From positions 1 to 44,103 of the forward strand of contig DDLW01000378.1 of the NCBI GenBank assembly GCA_002340345.1: a DNA stretch of 44,103 nt, read 5' to 3'. Of this stretch, positions 37,733 through 44,103 are shown one piece after another. Below the pieces are notes generated by a model. That model saw only the letters and a program-made list of their open reading frames with translations. It was not told where the DNA came from and did not search any database. Origin of the DNA: Alphaproteobacteria bacterium UBA2562. GTDB taxonomy: Bacteria > Pseudomonadota > Alphaproteobacteria > UBA2562. The translations under genes and the position numbers were made by a program. Position 1 is the first letter of the stretch. The number at the start of each line of letters is the position of its first letter.

Positions 37733-39655
37733 ATGACCATAGAAAACATCATGACAGTGTCTTCTTCTTTGAAAATTCATAATAGGCTGTCTGTCCAGAA
37801 GCTTTTCTGCTTACGCTTCCTGTGGAGACTATCTTTTTTCGTTTGCCTCTTTTTGAGCCCTTTTCAGGCGCATGCTGTCACCGTTACCAAGGCGCAAGAA
37901 CGCTGTGAAGCCCTCTCCGGGGTGCTTTTGCCCGAGACGTCTTTGAACGCCATCGGCTTCGTAACAGCGCAAGACAGCCCCTCTGACCGCCCCAAAATAA
38001 ATTTCTGCCGCATCCAAGGCTATGTCAGACCAGCGATTCACTTTGAAATTCGCCTCCCCACCAGCTTTTGGAATGAACGGATGATGATGGTGGGATGTGA
38101 TGGTTTTTGTGGTCAGATCCAAGAGCCCCCGATCGATCAGCAGGACAACAGCATCCTACCAGCTCTCGCACGAGGCTACGCAACGGTCATGACCGATAGC
38201 GGCCATTGGGGGGCCAGCCCCAGTGATGGCCTCTGGGCCTATGGGCATCCGGCAGCCAAACGCGATTGGGCGAATCGTTCTGTCGCCGCTGTTGCGAACG
38301 CCGCAAAAGAAGTGATCAAAGCATTTTATGATGAAGATCTCAGATTCTCTTATTTCAAAGGCTGTGGCAATGGGGGGCGCATGGCCCTTATTGCAGCCCA
38401 ACGGTATCCAGAGCTTTTCCAAGGCATTATTGCACAAGCCCCTGTAACCCAACCAAGCACGCTTTACGGGATCCATTATGCCTGGATCGCAAAACAGCTC
38501 AAACTTTATGAGGATCCTCCTCTTATCACAGAAAAGACCCTCCAGCATCTTGGAGAAGAGGTCCTCCAAGCCTGCGACGGCCTTGATGGTCACGCTGATG
38601 GTTTGATTGCGGATCCAAGAGCCTGCCGTTTCCATCCCGATCAAATACAATGTCCCCAAACAGAGAGCGCAACCAGCTGTTTAAAAGAAACGGAGAAACA
38701 AGCCTTAGCCGCTCTTTATAACCGACCTATGGACACTTACGGCAAAGCCCTTATCCCTGGGGGACTTATGCCAGGATCAGAGCCTTATTGGATTGCTTGG
38801 TATTTAAAGTCTCCTTGGCAACAAAAAGCTTTACCATCTGTCCAGGATGAGACGCCTTCTCTTGGTGCTTTGGCCCGTTTAAACCAAAACTTCCTCCGTT
38901 ACCTCGCCTTTGAACAAGATATGGGACCCAGCTATCCAGGGTCTGATTTCGATTTTGAAAGAGATCCTCCTCTCCTGGACGCCATGGCCGGGCTTTATGC
39001 TGCAGACAACCCTGATCTTAGCGCCTTCCAACAACAGGGCGGTAAGCTTCTCCTTTTGCAAAGCTGGGCCGATGCCATGGTGCCACCAGCCTATGCCATC
39101 GCCTATTACAAGTCTGTCATGGCTTTGCTCACTGAGAAAAAAAACATGACAGAAGAGCAAATTTCAGCTTTTTTCCGCTTATTTATGCTTCCAGGGCAAG
39201 ATCACTGCCGTATGACCCACGACCAAGGCCCTAATTTTTATGATGCGTTCACAACGATAGAAGAATGGGTTGAACAGAACCAAGCGCCTGAACATCTTAT
39301 GCTCTCTTGGGATTCTCCTGAAAAAACGGCCACAATACCACCAGCACAAGACAAGACACTGCGTGAAGAACCCGAATTGCCCGCAGCAGAAAGCACAACA
39401 ACACCAACCTCTGTCACTTTACCCCCTGTGTCTCCGCTTGTCGCCAAGGCGCCTTCTGTGACACCGTCTCAAGAGCCCGAATCACCTGTCCCCTCCCCTG
39501 AATCATCGTCCTCCTCCCAAGACACAAGCCCGTCTCAACGGCCTAAGAAACCTCAAATTATGATCTGTCCCTATCCCAAACAGGCCATGCTTGCCTCACA
39601 CGCCCCCCGCCTATGTGTTCTTCCAGAAAAGAGCTGGCTTGATGCTGAGCCTTAG
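37733..39655 (+). CDS. Tannase/feruloyl-esterase family protein (secreted) with the nucleophile Ser replaced by Gly and a Pro/Ser/Thr-rich insertion
   Basis: Family landmarks: YFKGCGNGGRMAL (the family motif is G-C-S-x-G-G-R), LPGQDHCRM (His-Cys), WVEQNQAPEHL, and ICPYPKQA near the C-terminus. The N-terminus is hydrophobic and signal-like. I prefer the ATG at 37733 (GGGGGAGG upstream) over the TTG at 37706. Confidence 0.7.
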   Translation: MTIENIMTVSSSLKIHNRLSVQKLFCLRFLWRLSFFVCLFLSPFQAHAVTVTKAQERCEALSGVLLPETSLNAIGFVTAQDSPSDRPKINFCRIQGYVRPAIHFEIRLPTSFWNERMMMVGCDGFCGQIQEPPIDQQDNSILPALARGYATVMTDSGHWGASPSDGLWAYGHPAAKRDWANRSVAAVANAAKEVIKAFYDEDLRFSYFKGCGNGGRMALIAAQRYPELFQGIIAQAPVTQPSTLYGIHYAWIAKQLKLYEDPPLITEKTLQHLGEEVLQACDGLDGHADGLIADPRACRFHPDQIQCPQTESATSCLKETEKQALAALYNRPMDTYGKALIPGGLMPGSEPYWIAWYLKSPWQQKALPSVQDETPSLGALARLNQNFLRYLAFEQDMGPSYPGSDFDFERDPPLLDAMAGLYAADNPDLSAFQQQGGKLLLLQSWADAMVPPAYAIAYYKSVMALLTEKKNMTEEQISAFFRLFMLPGQDHCRMTHDQGPNFYDAFTTIEEWVEQNQAPEHLMLSWDSPEKTATIPPAQDKTLREEPELPAAESTTTPTSVTLPPVSPLVAKAPSVTPSQEPESPVPSPESSSSSQDTSPSQRPKKPQIMICPYPKQAMLASHAPRLCVLPEKSWLDAEP

Positions 39656-39661
39656 CGTAAA

Positions 39662-39770
39662 GGGCAAAGGGGTGGGGGCCTCTCTTTGATCCGTTTTTCT
39701 ATGGCTTCGCCACGCAAAATCCCAGGTCAACCGAAAGGACCAACCGACGATAAGTTTTGACGGTTGGGAT
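39662..39770 (+). repeat. Intergenic modular repeat, copy H (CAACCGA-hairpin subtype)
   Basis: GGCAAAGGGGTGGGGGCCTCTCTTTGATCCGTTTTTC + TATGGCTTCGCCACGCAAAATC + CAACCGA..TTTTGACGGTTGG. These are the same modules as copy G, in permuted order. Confidence 0.75.
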
Positions 39771-39887
39771 GACAGCCTTTTTCCTGACTTACAGAAAAAG
39801 CAAAATGCTGTAAGAGAAAACTCTGTCAAACAAAGGACAAAATGATTCAAGACTCATTTTGTTTTCTGCTTTAGGTCTTATCAAAAT

Positions 39888-41780
39888 ATGTTGCAAATTA
39901 CTGATCTCACCTATCGTGTTGGTCCAGGGCGTGTGCTTTTAGAGTCCGCCAGCGCCACAGTCTCGAACGGCCATCATGTTGGTCTTGTTGGGCGAAATGG
40001 CACAGGCAAATCGACCTTGCTCAAGCTGATTTCAGGCGATCTCCAGGGCGATTCGGGATCTATCGCACTGCCCCCACGGGCAAAAATGGCAAAACTCTCC
40101 CAAGAAACACCAGAAGGTGAAGGCTCGCTTTTGGCCTGGGTCCTTGCCGCTGACACAGAACGAGAAAGTCTTCTCCAAGAAGCAGAAACTTGTACAGACC
40201 CAGAGCGTATTGGGGAGATCCATAGTAGGTTAGAGGATATCAGGGCGCATTCCGCCCCAGCCCGCGCGGCTACGATCCTTGCTGGTCTTGGCTTTGACAC
40301 CGCCGCCCAAGAGCGCTCTTTAAACAGCTTTTCTGGTGGCTGGCGCATGCGTGTTGCTTTGGCCGCTATCCTATTTCTCGCGCCAGATTTACTGCTGCTG
40401 GATGAGCCAACGAACCATCTTGATCTTGAGGCAACCCTGTGGCTCGAAGGCCATTTACAGCGTTACCCTGGCACCGTCATTATGGTGAGCCATGACCGTG
40501 AGATCTTGAATAGTGTTTGCACCCATATTCTGCATTTGGAACATTGTCGCTTAACACTCTATAGCGGTAATTATGATCGTTTTGAACGCACCCGCAGAGA
40601 AACACTAGAACGCCAAGGGAAAATGGCGGCAAAACAAATAAAAGAAAGGGAGAGAATCCAATCTTTTGTTGATAGATTCCGTGCCAAAGCCTCCAAAGCG
40701 CGCCAAGCCCAAAGCCGCATTAAAATGCTCGAAAAAATGGAACCTATCGCCGCCGTCATGGAAGACGAGAGCATGCGGTTTCATTTTCCACAACCAGAAC
40801 AATTACCTCCCCCCATTGTTGCCCTCGATAATGTGACGATTGGATATGACAATCGTCCTTTGTTGCGAAATTTAAATCAACGCATCGATCAAGATGACCG
40901 CATTGCGCTTCTTGGGCAAAATGGCAATGGTAAATCCACATTTATGAAGCTTTTGGCCGGGCGGCTTGAAAAAATGGCTGGCCAAATCACAAAACCTTCA
41001 AAGCTGAGAATTGGCTATTTTGCCCAGCATCAAACAGAAGAATTAGACACCGATGGCACGCCTTTAACGATGATGCAACGCGCCCTGCCAGATGCCACAG
41101 AAACAGAGGCCCGCAGCCATCTTGGGCGTTTTGGCTTTCAACAAGCACGCTCAGAGACCTTAATTGGCGCTTTGTCTGGAGGCGAGAAAGCACGGCTTCT
41201 TTTTGCGCTTTTAACCCGCAATGCCCCCCATTTACTTTTGTTAGATGAGCCCACAAACCATCTTGACATCGATGCCAGAGAAGCCCTTGTCCAGGCCATT
41301 AATGACTATCAAGGCGCCGTCATTATGGTCAGTCACGATCCACATCTTATCAAACTTTCCGCAGATCGGCTTTGGCTTGTCGCCGATGGCCAATGCCAAA
41401 CCTATGACGGCGATATGACAGACTATCGCAAATTTTTAATAGACAGCCGCAAAACATCTACAGGCCCCATAAAAGACAGCACAGATACAGAGGTGAGTTC
41501 AAAAAAAGACCAAAGACGAGAGGCGGCTCAAAAGCGAACGGCCTTAGCCCCCTTAAAGAAAAAAATAGATCAATCAGAACAAAAAATTAAAAAGCTCACA
41601 CAAGAAAAAGAGAAAATAGAACAAAATCTTGCAGATCCTAAAATTTATGAAGGCCCAGCAGAGAAAATAACAAATCTTCAAAAAACGCTTGCTGATATTA
41701 ACCAGGGCCTAGAAAAAGAAGAAGAAAACTGGCTGCTTGCCTGTGAGAATTATGAAAGCGCCAGCCAGGAAGATATTTAA
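39888..41780 (+). CDS. ABC-F family ATPase (two ABC domains, no TM domain, C-terminal coiled coil)
   Basis: Two Walker A motifs (GRNGTGKST, GQNGNGKST), two LSGG signature motifs (FSGGWRMR, LSGGEKAR), and a Lys/Glu-rich helical tail. Confidence 0.9.
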   Translation: MLQITDLTYRVGPGRVLLESASATVSNGHHVGLVGRNGTGKSTLLKLISGDLQGDSGSIALPPRAKMAKLSQETPEGEGSLLAWVLAADTERESLLQEAETCTDPERIGEIHSRLEDIRAHSAPARAATILAGLGFDTAAQERSLNSFSGGWRMRVALAAILFLAPDLLLLDEPTNHLDLEATLWLEGHLQRYPGTVIMVSHDREILNSVCTHILHLEHCRLTLYSGNYDRFERTRRETLERQGKMAAKQIKERERIQSFVDRFRAKASKARQAQSRIKMLEKMEPIAAVMEDESMRFHFPQPEQLPPPIVALDNVTIGYDNRPLLRNLNQRIDQDDRIALLGQNGNGKSTFMKLLAGRLEKMAGQITKPSKLRIGYFAQHQTEELDTDGTPLTMMQRALPDATETEARSHLGRFGFQQARSETLIGALSGGEKARLLFALLTRNAPHLLLLDEPTNHLDIDAREALVQAINDYQGAVIMVSHDPHLIKLSADRLWLVADGQCQTYDGDMTDYRKFLIDSRKTSTGPIKDSTDTEVSSKKDQRREAAQKRTALAPLKKKIDQSEQKIKKLTQEKEKIEQNLADPKIYEGPAEKITNLQKTLADINQGLEKEEENWLLACENYESASQEDI

Positions 41781-42445
41781 TCTTGTTTGCCACAAACATC
41801 ATAAGCTTATGAAATAATTTTTCCTCTCAATTTCTTTAACGTGCCGAATAATTTAACACCTATAGCTTATGGTGGACTAAATGACGCAGGGATTCTGCCC
41901 TTTTGACAACGAGTAAAGCGTGCAAAAAAATAAAAACACGCTACAATACTCACATCATCCAAAAGAAATCTTGAGGTCACAGCGTCTTTGCGTTTAGGTT
42001 CAGGCTAGAACATTTAACTTTGCTCATGAGTTCTTGGAAATCCATGAGCCTTAAAGTGAACATTATTTACGCAAAACCCTTTTAAATGGCCTTGTGATTG
42101 CTGTTTGGAAAGACCATATCCCATTTAAAACGCTTTAGGAGGCATAATGACCTTCTCTGAGGCAAACCAATCCCTCATAGGGAAAGCGTAGTTTTATCGC
42201 AACAAGGCCGCCTAATGCATTGCAGTTGCCTCAAAGTTGTGATTTGATGCCTTGACTTTTCGATGCATGCGAAAAGTTAAATATTTGCAATAATGCCAAC
42301 GACGAATAAAACAACATTTATTCAGTTGGATCTACCAGCCTACACGGTGCTCGAAATGTTAATGGCCTGAGAGGGGCTTAAATCCGCTATATGGACCATA
42401 ACAGTTCAACGCTGACAAAGAACATCACAAACCGGATATATACCC

Positions 42446-42787
42446 ATGATGGACAGCAAAGATGCCATAAATGCCTTTTCCGCTTTGGCTCAAGATACAC
42501 GGTTACAAGTCTTTCAAACCCTTGTGAAAGAAGGGCAAGATGGCCTACCCGCTGGTGAAATCGCAGACCGCGTCGGTGTTGCACCTTCGACTTTATCTTT
42601 CCATCTTGGGCAGTTAGAGCGTGCTGGGCTTCTCAGATCATGGCGCGACCAAAGACGGATTTTTTACGCCCCAAATGTCGAAGGCATTAAAGGCCTTCTT
42701 TTGTTTATGACCGAAGATTGTTGCCAGGGAAACCCTGATATCTGTGGCTTAAACGGTGATAATATCAGCCTTGAAAAAGCCTGTTAA
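42446..42787 (+). CDS. ArsR/SmtB family transcriptional regulator with a C-terminal Cys cluster
   Basis: The winged-HTH region reads FSALAQDTRLQVFQTLVKEGQDGLPAGEIADRVGVAPSTLSFHLGQLERAGLL. The C-terminal EDCCQGNPDIC resembles the C-terminal As(III) site type described for Acidithiobacillus ArsR. Confidence 0.8.
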   Translation: MMDSKDAINAFSALAQDTRLQVFQTLVKEGQDGLPAGEIADRVGVAPSTLSFHLGQLERAGLLRSWRDQRRIFYAPNVEGIKGLLLFMTEDCCQGNPDICGLNGDNISLEKAC

Positions 42788-42795
42788 AGCAGTTT

Positions 42796-42960
42796 GTTAA
42801 AGGGGGATCCCCTTTAACGATGCGTTTTGCGGCAAAACATGAGAGCAAAGGCCAATCTTTTGGTCCGTTTTGCGGCAAAACATGAGAGCAAAGGCCAAAG
42901 GGATGCTTTTTCCCTTTGGCCCATTTTGCAACAAAAACAAAGACAGGGAGTCCTTCCCTT
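42796..42960 (+). repeat. Tandem array of three units of the modular repeat (copy I)
   Basis: Unit 1: GTTAAAGGGGGATCCCCTTTAAC + GATGCGTTTTGCGGCAAAACATGAGAG. Unit 2: CAAAGGCCAATCTTTTGGTC + CGTTTTGCGGCAAAACATGAGAG. Unit 3: CAAAGGCCAAAGGGATGCTTTTTCCCTTTGGCC + CATTTTGCAACAAAAACAAAGAC. Confidence 0.85.
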
Positions 42961-42984
42961 TCGTCTCAATAAAAACAAAAGGCT

Positions 42985-43500
42985 CTAGCTATCATATGTC
43001 ACCAAGGCATCAAAGGGAACGTCCAGCTTTTCACGACCCTTTAAAAAAGAAAGCTCCATAATACAAGCCGCCGCTTTGACATCTGCGCCAGAGTCTTGCA
43101 AAAGTTTGATAGACGCCGCCATTGTTCCACCCGTGGCCAGCAAATCGTCCAAGACAACCACTTTCTGCCCTGGTTTGACGGCATCAGACTGGATCTCGAT
43201 CGTATCAGACCCATATTCCAGGTCATAAGAATAGGACTTGACCTCACCAGGTAATTTCCCTTTTTTACGGACCATCGTGAACCCTAACCCTAATTCAAGA
43301 GCCAAAGGCGCTGCGGTCAAAAATCCACGACTTTCAATACCTGCCAATAAATCTGGTTGATAGGGGCGAATCAGGTCCGCTAATTGATCCACACAAGATC
43401 GCCAAGCTTGTGGATGTGCCAGCAATGTGGAAATGTCATAGAATAGAATGCCGGGTTTTGGGAAATCAGGAATAGAACGAATATGATCAGCAAGATTCAT
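42985..43500 (-). CDS. apt: Adenine phosphoribosyltransferase
   Basis: [19 protein letters not shown]-terminal signature and the PRPP-binding loop [13 protein letters not shown]. The start is ambiguous: ATG at 43500 or GTG at 43512. Confidence 0.9.
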   Translation of the reverse strand: MNLADHIRSIPDFPKPGILFYDISTLLAHPQAWRSCVDQLADLIRPYQPDLLAGIESRGFLTAAPLALELGLGFTMVRKKGKLPGEVKSYSYDLEYGSDTIEIQSDAVKPGQKVVVLDDLLATGGTMAASIKLLQDSGADVKAAACIMELSFLKGREKLDVPFDALVTYDS

Positions 43501-44103
43501 TGTTCGAAACACTTTCTCTGTTTACCTGTTTTTAGGCGTTTGCCGCCCACAAAACTTTGAAGTCATGTTTTGCGCTCTTCATTTTCTGAGAAAAGCGCAA
43601 ACGCGTTTTACAGGCTATTGAAAAACGGCTAATCTTCAGACCCCAGCTTCGTTAAAGGTCGAGGTCTTGCCGGATTGCCTTGGTTCGGTCGCTTTTCTTT
43701 TACCAGAACATTTTATGTTCAGCGATCCCTAATCCCCCTTTTCTTTCGTTCCGATCACCGTCTTCATTTTCTCCTTGCCCAAAGAATTGACCTTCTTATG
43801 TAAACTGTGCTGTTTTTGCCCTTGTTTTCCCTCGATTTCAGCACATTTTAGAGCAAAGTATCGGCCAATGATGGGCTCTGTCTTAACGCGAAACATAAGA
43901 TGTAGATCATTTTTCAAATTTCATCGAAAGCGAAAGGCTTTGAATCTTTGAAGATGCAAGATGGAACGCTGTGTTTAGCGGGCTGCAACATTTCTTTTAA
44001 ATCTAAAAATTCTATAGATTTCATGATTCTACAGTGAAATGACAGCCTTAATTTTACCGCATTGTGCTTTTGCATTGAATCGAAAAGACCTCTGCATAAT
44101 ATC

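Noticed and set aside
42796-42960. Possible CRISPR array
   Set aside because: There are only three units, the 'spacers' are themselves hairpins of 20-33 nt, the repeat is not a uniform length, and no cas genes are present. The same core occurs singly at eight other loci.
1-44103. Prophage, IS element, integron, genomic-island boundaries, and tRNA or rRNA genes
   Set aside because: No integrase, transposase or phage-like ORFs are in the track. I saw no tRNA-like cloverleaf or rRNA-like sequence while reading the intergenic regions.

Overview
The window is a 44.1-kb chromosomal segment that looks alphaproteobacterial. Supporting gene content: thrC / M16 peptidase / RimJ-like GNAT synteny, clpS-clpA, a long class II (B12) ribonucleotide reductase, and an ethylmalonyl-CoA pathway cluster (mcd, ccr, ecm). 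I support about 26 protein-coding genes, most of them housekeeping, plus rpmJ (41 aa), which is too short for the ORF track. I found no rRNA, tRNA, CRISPR array, transposase or integrase. Several features go beyond ordinary annotation:
1. A modular palindromic intergenic repeat family with core GCGTTTTGCGGCAAAAAC occurs at 9 or more loci. One locus is a three-unit tandem array, and a same-subtype pair brackets a two-gene module.
2. A second repeat is a 34-nt sequence present as two perfectly identical inverted copies 11.5 kb apart.
3. A two-gene operon of unknown function (664 aa helical protein plus a 283 aa Rossmann/methyltransferase-like protein) sits upstream of an orphan LuxR-type response regulator.
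4. A tannase/feruloyl-esterase family protein has its nucleophile Ser replaced by Gly and carries a Pro/Ser/Thr-rich insertion.
5. A stand-alone Anbu-like proteasome homologue lacks its usual operon partners.
6. The nrdJ leader has candidate tandem NrdR boxes and three tandem ~20-nt repeats.
7. A structured ~170-nt region lies 3' of mcd.
All product calls come from reading motifs in the supplied translations. No database search was possible.
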